DNA from: Phycisphaerales bacterium
GTDB lineage: Bacteria; Planctomycetota; Phycisphaerae; Phycisphaerales; UBA1924
Length of the DNA: 64,000 nucleotides
Assembly (NCBI GenBank): GCA_044221955.1
Contig: JBGAOD010000002.1
Location: forward strand, 1,197-65,196
Direction: 5' to 3'
The notes beneath the pieces are model-generated. The model was given only the letters and a program-made list of their open reading frames with translations, did not search any database and was not told the DNA's origin. Made by a program: the position numbers and the translations under genes. This document shows, piece after piece, positions 19,195 through 28,412 of the stretch; the stretch's first letter is position 1; every line of letters begins with the position of its first letter.

Positions 19195-22100
19195 TCAAGC
19201 TCGCTCGATCTCCGCCGTCGCGTCGGTCGCGGCCCATCCGGTCGCCGGGGCGAACGAAAGATGGACGACGTGCTGATCCATATCCACCACGGTGAGGGCC
19301 ATCGGCGTGCCCCCGCCGCTCGCGTACGCCGAGACCCTCGGGCTGAACCGTCGATCCTTGAACGCGGGCACCGCGATCTGCAGGCTGTCGGCGTACCACT
19401 TGCCGCTCTGCGGCGACCACCAGTACACCCACAGACGCCCCTTGGCGTCCACCCCGGCAATGTTCTGCCCGCCCCAACTCGTCGAGTACCCGACAACGGA
19501 CTCCTTGACGAGAATCGGACGTGCAGAATCAACCACCGCGTCGGCCAAGGCCACGAACCTCCACTCCCCCCCAAGGCTCGGCGCCCACCACACAGTGCGG
19601 AGCGATGAATCCGAGTCGGTCAGCCCGATCCCGCCCCAAGGCAGCACGTTCACCGCAAGGCGCTCAAACCCGCGCGCCTTCGTCGGGTCTTCCTGCGAGT
19701 CCGCAAGGTTCGTGAAGCGCCACCCGTCGAGCCCGGGTGCGGTCCAGAACACAACCGGCTCGCCGTCGGCGTTGAGCCCGGCGATGTTGAGCCCGTTCCA
19801 AGGCGTGACGTAGGTCACAAGGTCGCCGTGCAAGTCGGGGTCCGCGATCTCAAAGCGCGTGAGCACGGTGTGAGAGAGGTTCTCAAAGCCCCACGCCGTG
19901 CGCTCGTCGGGGTTCGCGGCCTTGCTGTCGTAGAACACAACCTCGTTTTCGCTGTTTACTCCCGCAATGAGGAGAGTGCCGTCGTTCTCACGCACGAGCC
20001 GGATGCTCCGAGTGATCGCCGTCGCACCGGTCACGGATGTGGTGAGGTTCCGAGTTTCCCAAGATCCCGCCGAATTGCGCGCGAGCCGCAAGACACCCTG
20101 ATCGGTCGCCAGGGCCACGCCGTTCTCCCACACGACCGCGCCGGAGACCAGCGCGCCGACCGGAAGGGGCAGTTCAACCACGCTCCAGGCATCGCCCGCG
20201 CTCTCGCGACGGTAATAAACGAGTTCACCGAAGCCATTGAATCCCACGATCGCGGTCCCGGATTTGCCGACGGGTGAGTCGGCGAGGATTCGCGCGGAAT
20301 CAATCTCGTTGGAGCCGACCAGCACGCGTTGATCTAACGAGAACGCGTCGGCGTCGTGCAGCGCGTAGAGCCGCCCAAATGGGCTGAGCGCGAGGGGCGT
20401 CAACGACTCGCTTCCATCGTGAAAGCTCGGCCCGCGCAGCCAATCCTGCCCTGCAAGGTCGATCGGTGTCCAGCCGGTGACGAGATTGTGAGCAAAGAGC
20501 ACGGCGTGGGTCTTGCCGTCCGCGGTGATCGACGCGAAAGCGTCGAGATTGCGATCCACACTGATGGGCGCGGCGTCGATCCCATCGACTTGGTCGAGGT
20601 CCGCCATCTGCAGATCCACGCCGTCCAACGGCGAGTTGAAATACCCGACCACGGCTTTGTGGTCTGTGCGGCGGACTCCGACGAAGCCAGCGGCCGTCAC
20701 CGCCGTGATGTCCACTCCCCCGGGGACCGGGAACAGGGACGGGACGAGGCCGGTCAGCCCGACCGGCCGCTCGGAGATGAACCACGAGGTCGCGTCGATG
20801 ACGCCTTCCGTTCCGCTGACGGAAAACGTCCTGCCGTCCGCAGAAATGCCGCCGGGTGTTCCGTCGAAGAGATAGACCAGCTCGTAACCCGAGTCATTGG
20901 CGTTGCGACGGAGCAGCCACGTCGTCTGGACGGCGGTTTCTCCAGGGTTTTCGCGCCACACTTCGACTAAGCCACCCCGGGCGTTCGAGGCAAGCCTTGA
21001 GTTCTTGAACTGTGTGTAGGTGCCGGCGGGCTTGGGCCGGAATCCGGCGTTCGTGCTGAGCTGGTCGACCTGCGGAAGGTTGGCGAGCAGCGTGCGCACG
21101 CCAGAGTCGAGAATAAAATCTCCAGCGTTCAGTCCCCCTGTTGATCCAATCACAACACCGAGCGTATTGGCGTCACTGACCCTGTCGGTGACGAGTGCTC
21201 CGCGCAGCTTCGCGGCGATCGTGACGACCCCGTCGACCGTGACGAAATCCTGCCCCCGGATCGTGCCAAACGCAATCCCCGCGGAGTTCACGCGCGTGAC
21301 GATCGGCGTCTCGAACTGCATCAGCGGGACAATCGTGATGAAAGGGTTTGTCGTCGCCTTCCCCTCGCGCGGCGACTCGCCCTGCTGCCCGCCCACCAGC
21401 AACTCGTTGAACCCGTCGCCGTCCAAGTCGCCCACCGCGATCGAAGACCCGAAGAAGATATTCCCCGTCGTCCGCCCCCAGTCCGAAACCACCTCCGTGC
21501 CGGTGAACTCGTGGAGGACCACCCCGTTTCGCCCCGATCGGATCTGAAGCGTGCTCTGGCGCAACGAAGGGTTGGCCATGATGCCCAGGTCGTTGACACC
21601 GTCGCCATTGAAATCGCCGACGGTGGCGAACCCGATCTGGCTGAGTCCACTCTCTTTGGTCCAGGGGATCGACTCCTTGACCCAGATGGGCGTGGAGAGG
21701 TTTGAGTCGTTGAGCGAATAGACCGACACCTTGGCGGCCAGCGTGCCCGTCGTCGTGTCGCGGTCGTAGCTCACGACGGCGAAATCACCGATGCCGTCGG
21801 AATTGACGTCCCCGAGGAACGCGACGCGGTTGCCGGCCACGTTGGTGATGGTCCCGACCTTCCAGGCGCGGAGCAACGAACCGTTGCTGCCCGAAAGAAG
21901 GAACACAGCTCCGAGCACGCCCGGCGCGCGGTCGAGGTCGTCCCCGCCCACGAGCAGGTCCCCCTTGCCGTCGCCGTTGAGATCTCCGACGGGAACAATC
22001 GCGCTCATGACCCGTTGGGGGTCGTAGTAGTTCGTCCCCGACGCGGGCGCCGACTCCCAGATCAACGAACCGGTGCGGGCCGAGTACGCCCGGAGCAGCA

Positions 22101-22713
22101 CTGGGTTCCCGGCCACCTGGGTCGGGAAAACGCCGCTGATGACCAGATCGCCCTCACCATCGCCGTCGAGATCACCGACGCTGGCGAAAGTCCCCAGCGA
22201 GGAATTGGAGTTGTTGACGGAGAACGCCGTGAGCTGCAGCCCGCTTCTCGATGAGAAGACCCGGATCGTGCCCGCGCCTCCGTTCGTGACAGCGTTGAAG
22301 TCCGAGACGATGAGATCCCTTGTGCCGTCAGAGTCCTGATCTTCGCCGAGCACCATGAGGTTGCCGAACGACGTGTCGGAGTGGTCCTTTGTGTTCGTGA
22401 GTTCGCGGATGAGCGTGCCGTCTTTCCCGTCGAACAGCCGAACCACCCCGAAGTTCCTGGTAACCCCGAATTGGTCCTTGGCCGAAGCGATCCCGCTCGC
22501 CGCAATCTCCTTGACCCCATCGCCGTTGAGATCATCGAGCACGACGATGTTCGCGTTGGCACCAACCCCTCCCAGCCGGTCCGTCGGCAGCTTGAGAAAG
22601 CTTTCCTGCCCGCTGTACTGGTACGACGCGTCCATCATCACCCGTGCTTCGAGCGACTCGAAAGGAACTTGGCCGCGAGGAGCCCTCGCGGTACGATCGA
22701 AGCAATTCGACAT
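19195..22713 (-). CDS. very large secreted FG-GAP (integrin-alpha/VCBS-like) repeat protein with C-terminal 7-fold Trp-containing repeat
   Basis: Multiple FG-GAP Ca-binding loops ('DLNGDGVKE', 'GDLDGDGEGDLVISG', 'GDLNGDGKGDLLVGG', 'GDVNSDGIGDFAVVS', 'GDFNGDGVNDLGI', 'GDLDGDGFNELLVGG'). The N-terminus is 'FESLEARVMM'. The last ~390 aa form seven units of the type 'AG.N..GE.VVFW....G.W.F.NL'. Confidence 0.85.
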   Translation of the reverse strand: MSNCFDRTARAPRGQVPFESLEARVMMDASYQYSGQESFLKLPTDRLGGVGANANIVVLDDLNGDGVKEIAASGIASAKDQFGVTRNFGVVRLFDGKDGTLIRELTNTKDHSDTSFGNLMVLGEDQDSDGTRDLIVSDFNAVTNGGAGTIRVFSSRSGLQLTAFSVNNSNSSLGTFASVGDLDGDGEGDLVISGVFPTQVAGNPVLLRAYSARTGSLIWESAPASGTNYYDPQRVMSAIVPVGDLNGDGKGDLLVGGDDLDRAPGVLGAVFLLSGSNGSLLRAWKVGTITNVAGNRVAFLGDVNSDGIGDFAVVSYDRDTTTGTLAAKVSVYSLNDSNLSTPIWVKESIPWTKESGLSQIGFATVGDFNGDGVNDLGIMANPSLRQSTLQIRSGRNGVVLHEFTGTEVVSDWGRTTGNIFFGSSIAVGDLDGDGFNELLVGGQQGESPREGKATTNPFITIVPLMQFETPIVTRVNSAGIAFGTIRGQDFVTVDGVVTIAAKLRGALVTDRVSDANTLGVVIGSTGGLNAGDFILDSGVRTLLANLPQVDQLSTNAGFRPKPAGTYTQFKNSRLASNARGGLVEVWRENPGETAVQTTWLLRRNANDSGYELVYLFDGTPGGISADGRTFSVSGTEGVIDATSWFISERPVGLTGLVPSLFPVPGGVDITAVTAAGFVGVRRTDHKAVVGYFNSPLDGVDLQMADLDQVDGIDAAPISVDRNLDAFASITADGKTHAVLFAHNLVTGWTPIDLAGQDWLRGPSFHDGSESLTPLALSPFGRLYALHDADAFSLDQRVLVGSNEIDSARILADSPVGKSGTAIVGFNGFGELVYYRRESAGDAWSVVELPLPVGALVSGAVVWENGVALATDQGVLRLARNSAGSWETRNLTTSVTGATAITRSIRLVRENDGTLLIAGVNSENEVVFYDSKAANPDERTAWGFENLSHTVLTRFEIADPDLHGDLVTYVTPWNGLNIAGLNADGEPVVFWTAPGLDGWRFTNLADSQEDPTKARGFERLAVNVLPWGGIGLTDSDSSLRTVWWAPSLGGEWRFVALADAVVDSARPILVKESVVGYSTSWGGQNIAGVDAKGRLWVYWWSPQSGKWYADSLQIAVPAFKDRRFSPRVSAYASGGGTPMALTVVDMDQHVVHLSFAPATGWAATDATAEIERA

Positions 22714-23175
22714 CGCTGCACTCCCTAGCTGGGTGAGGAACTGCCCGGTGGTGGCTCGTCGGGCTGGGTGCTATTGCCTTCGCCGGACCTGGAGTTCGGT
22801 TCCAAAGAGTTCGGTCCTAGGGAGTTGTTCCCCGGGGTTCGCTTCTCCAACCGGCGTGCTACCGCACCCTTGGAGTCGGCCCTGCTCCGCAACTCTCAAA
22901 GCACCCAAGTCTGACGTTCATCGACGCTCCCGTCAAGGGGAATAGTCCAAGCCCAAACCGCGAAGGACCGGCAGGGCGATCACTGCATGGCCCGGGTCTC
23001 GTTCGATCATAAGTCCCCTACGCCGCTGGGGTTCGGCGCGTCTACCGTGTTGAGGGCCGATCGGGCCGATCGGGCCGTTGCCCGAAGCCCAACAGTGTTC
23101 GGTGCCCCGGCGTCGCGCGGGCCGGCGGAACACGCGGCCGGCCCGGATCGGCACCTTACTGCCCGGAGTGCCAGA

Positions 23176-23715
23176 GTGCAGTGTGAAGACCGCGCCTCAT
23201 CTCCTCCCGAGTTGTTGGTGGGCAGACGCCGTTTCATGGCCCGCATCGCCGGTGGTTCGCTCGCGGTGGGCGGACTGGCGGGTGCTCCGCTCTGGCTCGG
23301 CTGCGAGTTCCTGGAGCCCGAGAGCGTTCAGGTCACATGGAACGAGCTGGTGCTCGGCCTGCTCCCGCTCGAACTCGTCACCGCCCACGCCCTCGGCCGG
23401 CGCTTCGCCCAGTCCGGCTTCCCCGGCGCGACCGCCGCGTCCTTCCTCTCTTCGCTCCCCGATTTGCCGGGAATCGACTGGGAGGAATCGGGTGCGCGCT
23501 GGCGCGGCGACCCGTGGATCGTGCCCCCCGCCATCGAACACGCCGTGCGCGAACAGTTCGCCGCCGCCGACGCCGTCGTGATTGACTCCTGGGTGCTCTC
23601 ACGCCTCGAAGCCACCCTCTGCGCGATCTCCGCGTTCGCCGCCGCGAGCGCTTCGTCGCGAGCGCCGACAATCTCGACCGTCGCGTGTTCCAAGGCGTCA
23701 TCCCATGTTTCGTGA
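23176..23715 (+). CDS. Tat-signal small subunit, gluconate 2-dehydrogenase subunit-3-like partner of the GMC oxidoreductase
   Basis: Twin-arginine leader 'GRRRFMARIAGGSLAVGGLAGAPLWLGC'. The protein is small, precedes the GMC gene and overlaps it by 11 nt. The start codon is uncertain (GTG 23176 or 23218). Confidence 0.5.
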   Translation: MQCEDRASSPPELLVGRRRFMARIAGGSLAVGGLAGAPLWLGCEFLEPESVQVTWNELVLGLLPLELVTAHALGRRFAQSGFPGATAASFLSSLPDLPGIDWEESGARWRGDPWIVPPAIEHAVREQFAAADAVVIDSWVLSRLEATLCAISAFAAASASSRAPTISTVACSKASSHVS

Positions 23716-25150
23716 CTTCCAGACCGATCCCATCCCCGACGGATACCGCTGCGACCTGTGCATCATCGGCGCAGGCCCCGCCGGGATCACCATCGCCCGA
23801 CAGTTCGACGGCACACCCATCCAAGTCTGCCTCGTCGAGAGCGGCGGGTTCGAGCGCGACCCGCGGACCGACGCGCTCCACGAAGGCGAGAACGCGGGGC
23901 ACGACTACTCAATCACCGGCTCGCGCCTCCGCTACTTCGGCGGCACCAGCAACCACTGGGAAGGGATGTGCGCACCGCTCAACGAACTCGATTTCGAGCC
24001 ACGCGATTGGGTTCCCCACAGCGGCTGGCCGATCAACCGCGCAACCCTGGACCCCTACTACGCCCGGGCCCACGAGATTCTCGACCTCGGCCCGTTCCAA
24101 TACGATCCCGCACGCCTGCCCCCCGCGGCCGGAGCCTTCGCGCCGGTGGACGATCACATGCTCGTCACCCGCCTGTGGAGACACAGCCCGCCGACGCGAT
24201 TCAATACCAAGTACCGAGCCCAGGCCGCCGCCTCGTCCAACATCACCTGCCTCCTCCACGCCAACGCCGCGGAGTTCACAACCATCGCGGACGGCTCCGA
24301 ACTCCGCTCGCTCTCGGTGCGTTCACTCACCGGGCAAACAGCCACTATCAGGGCACGCTACTACGTCCTCGCCTGCGGCGGGCTCGAAAACCCACGCATC
24401 CTGCTGAGCAACAACCTCGGAAACCGGCACGGCGTCGTGGGCCGTTACTTCCTCGAGCACGTCCATATTTACTCCACAGCGATCGTCGTGAGCAGCAACG
24501 ACACGCTCGGCCGATGGTGGGAGGCGTACCAGCGCTTCTCCCGCGAGGGCACCGACTTCACGCCCGGGCTCTGTCTCAGCCCCGACGCGCAGCGCCGCGA
24601 GAGACTGTTGAACTACGCCGCCATGCTCCCGAGAACCGAGAGCCCGCCCGGAGCCCGCGCGGGCCGCGAGAGCGCCCGACTCTACGTGGTCTCCGAGCAG
24701 GCACCCAACCCCGACAGCCGCGTGACACTCGCCGATCCCATCGACGAACTGGGCGTGCGCCGCCTGAGACTGCAATGGAAGCTCACGGAGCCCGATCGAG
24801 CCACGGTCGAGCGTGGCGCGATGATCATCGCCCAAGAACTCGGCCGGCTCGGCCTCGCACGACTGACGCTCAACCCCGTTCTTAACCCCAAGACCTGGCC
24901 CGCCGGCGTCTGGGGGGCCAGCCATCACATGGGCACCACCCGCATGAACAACGACCCAACCCGCGGCGTCGTCGATCGTGACTGCCGCGTCCACGGCGTG
25001 GACAACCTCTTCATCGCCGGCAGCAGCGTGTTTCCTACCGGCGGCTACGCGAACCCCACGCTCACCATCGTCGCCCTGGCGCTGCGCCTCGCGGAGGAAC
25101 TCGGGAACCGTCTCGGAAACACCCCTATTCCAGCGCGCCACACCGAATAG
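23705..25150 (+). CDS. GMC-family FAD-dependent oxidoreductase
   Basis: N-terminal FAD fold 'CDLCIIGAGPAGITIA' and C-terminal 'SHHMGTTRMNNDPTRGVVDRDCRVHGVDNLFIAGSSVFPTGGYANPTLTIVALALR', the GMC_oxred_C signature. Confidence 0.85.
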   Translation: MFRDFQTDPIPDGYRCDLCIIGAGPAGITIARQFDGTPIQVCLVESGGFERDPRTDALHEGENAGHDYSITGSRLRYFGGTSNHWEGMCAPLNELDFEPRDWVPHSGWPINRATLDPYYARAHEILDLGPFQYDPARLPPAAGAFAPVDDHMLVTRLWRHSPPTRFNTKYRAQAAASSNITCLLHANAAEFTTIADGSELRSLSVRSLTGQTATIRARYYVLACGGLENPRILLSNNLGNRHGVVGRYFLEHVHIYSTAIVVSSNDTLGRWWEAYQRFSREGTDFTPGLCLSPDAQRRERLLNYAAMLPRTESPPGARAGRESARLYVVSEQAPNPDSRVTLADPIDELGVRRLRLQWKLTEPDRATVERGAMIIAQELGRLGLARLTLNPVLNPKTWPAGVWGASHHMGTTRMNNDPTRGVVDRDCRVHGVDNLFIAGSSVFPTGGYANPTLTIVALALRLAEELGNRLGNTPIPARHTE

Positions 25151-25194
25151 CGCACACGCTCCCCGCCCGATTTCCGTCCCAACCGCTCGGACTG

Positions 25195-26631
25195 TCAGAC
25201 CCTCGCTCGGCGATGGAACACGCCGCCGTAGAGCACGGCCGCCACGACGATCCACCCGCCCGCGATCACGATCGAAACCCGCGCCCCCGGGTCCGCCGCT
25301 GCGCCGATCAGCACGCCGATCTCGGCCACGACAAACAACAGCGGCACCACCGGATAGCCCGGCACCTGGAAACCCGCCTCTCCCGCTTCCGATCTCGCCC
25401 CTGACTTCTTCTGCCTCCGCCTGAACACCAGCAACGCCAGCCCCGTCAGCGCAAAGAAAATCGTGTCCACGAACACCACGCCGCTGGTGAGCTTGTCCAC
25501 CGCGTCCTTGCCCCCGGCCGCGAAGAGCAGCACCAACGCCGTAATGGTCAGCAGCAAGATCGCGGCCACGGGCGTTGCGAACCTCGCGCTCAGCCGCCCA
25601 AAGACCTTGAAAAACCGCCCGTCCGTCGCCATCCCGTAGATCAACCGCGGGCCCGAGAGAAGCTGCGCGTTCAGCACGCCGAACGACGACAACGCCACCG
25701 CCGCCGCGATCGCGCGGCGCCCCCAATCCGGGAAAACGACCGCGACCGCGTCGGCGGCGAGCGTCTTGCTGCTCGCGACGCCCGCGTGCCCCAGCAGCTG
25801 CAGGTACGCCCAGTTCGCGAGCAGGTACACCGTGACGACGAGCACGACACCGCCGATGATCGCACGCGGCAAGGTCTTCTTCGCTTGCTTGACCTCGCCC
25901 GAGATCCACAGCGCGTGCTGCCACCCGCCGTAGGCGAACAGAGCCGGTGTGAGCGCCGAAGGAATCCCAATCCAGCCACGCGAAGGAACCGCCGCGGCCC
26001 CGACCGTCGCAGCATCGACATCACCCGCGCTCGTCCGCGACCCCGCGAACACCGCGATCCCCGTCACCGCCAGCAGCGTCAGCACCTTGGCGTACACGGT
26101 CAGGTTCTGAATCCGCGAGCCCCACTTCACGCCCACGATGTTCGCGAGCGTGACCAGAAACACCAGGGCCGTCGCGAGCACGAGCGCCAGCGTGCCGTCG
26201 TCCTTCCCGATCGGGTGCCCAACCGCCACCGCCAGATTCTCCGCGCAGATCACCGCGATGATCCCGATCGCCCCCGGCTGCACCGCCGTCGCGTTGCAGA
26301 AGACGAACAAGAACGCCCACATCGGCCCGTACGCGTCCCGCAGGATCTCGTACTGCGCCCCGCTGGAGTGGTACCGCCCGCCAAGCTCCGCAAACGAGAG
26401 CGCGCCGCAGAGTGCGATCGCACCCCCGATCGCCCACGCTAGCATCGCCGCCCCTGAAGAGTCGGTGAGCGCAGCGATACGAGAAGGCGTAAAGAAGATC
26501 CCCACACCGATGATCGCGCCGATGACAACGCAGGCGCAGTCAACCCCTCCGAGCACGCGGACGGGCTGGGTTGCCAGAGTTTCGGAGCGCAGGTCCGGTG
26601 CCGGTCCGCTCGCCTGAGCAGGGTCGTTCAT
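25195..26631 (-). CDS. APC-superfamily amino acid permease
   Basis: About 12 TM. 'VVIGAIIGVGIFFTPS' and 'AELGGRYHSSGAQYEILRDAYG' are typical of APC amino-acid/polyamine transporters. Start at the internal Met 'MNDPAQ'. Confidence 0.8.
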   Translation of the reverse strand: MNDPAQASGPAPDLRSETLATQPVRVLGGVDCACVVIGAIIGVGIFFTPSRIAALTDSSGAAMLAWAIGGAIALCGALSFAELGGRYHSSGAQYEILRDAYGPMWAFLFVFCNATAVQPGAIGIIAVICAENLAVAVGHPIGKDDGTLALVLATALVFLVTLANIVGVKWGSRIQNLTVYAKVLTLLAVTGIAVFAGSRTSAGDVDAATVGAAAVPSRGWIGIPSALTPALFAYGGWQHALWISGEVKQAKKTLPRAIIGGVVLVVTVYLLANWAYLQLLGHAGVASSKTLAADAVAVVFPDWGRRAIAAAVALSSFGVLNAQLLSGPRLIYGMATDGRFFKVFGRLSARFATPVAAILLLTITALVLLFAAGGKDAVDKLTSGVVFVDTIFFALTGLALLVFRRRQKKSGARSEAGEAGFQVPGYPVVPLLFVVAEIGVLIGAAADPGARVSIVIAGGWIVVAAVLYGGVFHRRARV

Positions 26632-26678
26632 CCTCGAAGGATACCGACCGCGCCGTTGGCGTGCGGCGATACCCGCGA

Positions 26679-27731
26679 TCAGCACCCGTTCACAAAGTCG
26701 TTCACGAACAGGTCGAAGTCATCACCGGTCACGAACCCATCGTCGTTGTAATCCGAACCGGTGTCCCCGGCCTCAAACAACAACACGAACGCGTCGTAGT
26801 CATCACCGTTCAGGAAGCAGTCCTTATTCAGGTCCGCCTTGCAGCGATTGTCGCTGGGGAACCCGATGACGCGGATCAGGTGGTTGCCGCCGCTGAACGT
26901 CCCGAAGATGAAATCGCCAGTGACCGGATCGATGAAACTCCCCTCAGCGCCGCTCAGCCCCACCACAAAGTCACGCCGCGACGCGGGGTTCGGGTCGCCC
27001 TCGTCGTTCACGCGGTAGGCCGACACGCGGTTCTGCCCGTACTCACAGACCAGCACGCTCGCCCCGGAAAATCCCGGCGAGCACTGCGGAACGTACACCG
27101 TGCTCTCAGGACCGGTACCAGCCAGCGCCGATTTCAGCGTCGCGCCCGTCACGATGTAGAGCCCGTCAGACCCGATGGTAAACGTCGCATCGAACCAGTT
27201 GCCCGAGCCGTAGGACAGAATCTTCAACCGCCCCGCCCCCGGCTGACCTTCCGGCACGATCATCACGCCGCCCACCGAACCCACGACGCCCAGCGCGTTG
27301 AGGTCCGTGACCAGCGCGTCGCTCGTCGTCCCGGACTTCCACTGGCCGAGCTGGTTGAAAGGGTATTTGGTGTACAGGAACGTCCCGTTGGGAGCGTACA
27401 CGGCCCCGCCGTCGTTATACGCCGCGTCCCCATGCCTCACCGCCGGACCCACAAACCCCGTAATGTGGTTGTTGGAGTCGCGCGTCAGCCCGACCCGATA
27501 CACCGCGCCCGTTGAACCGTTCGCACCGCCCGCGATCAACAGCGTGTTCGAGTCGCCCGGCTTGATCGCCATCCCGCCATAATTGGCCGGAACGTCCGCA
27601 ACGCTCCCAAGGTCCTTCAATGAATAGTCCACCGCGAAAGCCGCGCCGAGTGTCTGTGCGTGAGACACCGAAACGAACGAACCAGCGAAGCACGCCGCGA
27701 AGACCACGGCGGAAGAACGAGTAATCAACAT
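26679..27731 (-). CDS. secreted protein with C-terminal dockerin/EF-hand-like module ending in 'GC'
   Basis: Signal peptide 'AVVFAACFAGSFVSVSHAQ'. The body looks beta-rich or propeller-like. The C-terminus is 'DLNKDCFLNGDDYDAFVLLFEAGDTGSDYNDDGFVTGDDFDLFVNDFVNGC', the same module as at the end of 44291..47257. Confidence 0.7.
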   Translation of the reverse strand: MLITRSSAVVFAACFAGSFVSVSHAQTLGAAFAVDYSLKDLGSVADVPANYGGMAIKPGDSNTLLIAGGANGSTGAVYRVGLTRDSNNHITGFVGPAVRHGDAAYNDGGAVYAPNGTFLYTKYPFNQLGQWKSGTTSDALVTDLNALGVVGSVGGVMIVPEGQPGAGRLKILSYGSGNWFDATFTIGSDGLYIVTGATLKSALAGTGPESTVYVPQCSPGFSGASVLVCEYGQNRVSAYRVNDEGDPNPASRRDFVVGLSGAEGSFIDPVTGDFIFGTFSGGNHLIRVIGFPSDNRCKADLNKDCFLNGDDYDAFVLLFEAGDTGSDYNDDGFVTGDDFDLFVNDFVNGC

Positions 27732-28412
27732 CGCAACTCCTCAGGGCTCTGCCCAATGTACAAACACACCACCCGTCCGGGAATCCCAGCCCAGCCGCCA
27801 AAGTCAGTCGAAGGAATACAGGAAGACACCACCACGCCAAGTATGCGCGCGCCCCACGAATCTGACGGGTGAAAGCCCATCGATTCGACGAAATCGATTC
27901 GCGAACATCGGAAATCAGGAAAGCTCGGGGGAATGGGGTGCGCAGCCGCTCCCTGCTAGGCCAGTGTGATGCCAGACCAGCGGTCGTGGCCGTGGCGAGC
28001 CTCGCAGCCGAGGATCGCCGAAGCCTTCGCACCCTCACCTCTCAATTCATCCCCCCGCGGTCGCGCCGACACCGGCGGCACCGGATGACGGCGCTTATGG
28101 CTGCCGCGATCAAGCTCTGACCAGGTTCACGGGCCACGTGCAGAGCCCGGCCGCCGACCGGGGACGAATCACTCCACAGTACGCCCCGCCACGCCCCAAC
28201 GCCACGACCCGACCTCCAAACCCTGCATCCATCCCAAACCCCCCGCGTACACCCACGTATGAACGTGCCCAGGCCGAGCGTAACCCACTCCGCCGCCGAT
28301 CAAGCCGCGTTCACACCCCGCCCACGCCCCCTCCCCCATCCCGGCCAACCCGCTCGAAGCCGACCAATCCCAACGAAAAGTCCTCCTCACCATCGTCCGC
28401 GTTGTCTTCGTC

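Noticed and set aside
23054-23077. Short tandem repeat GGGCCGATC x ~2.7 upstream of the Tat-signal gene
   Set aside because: Fewer than three copies of a 9-mer in GC-rich DNA is too short to call a meaningful repeat or regulatory array.
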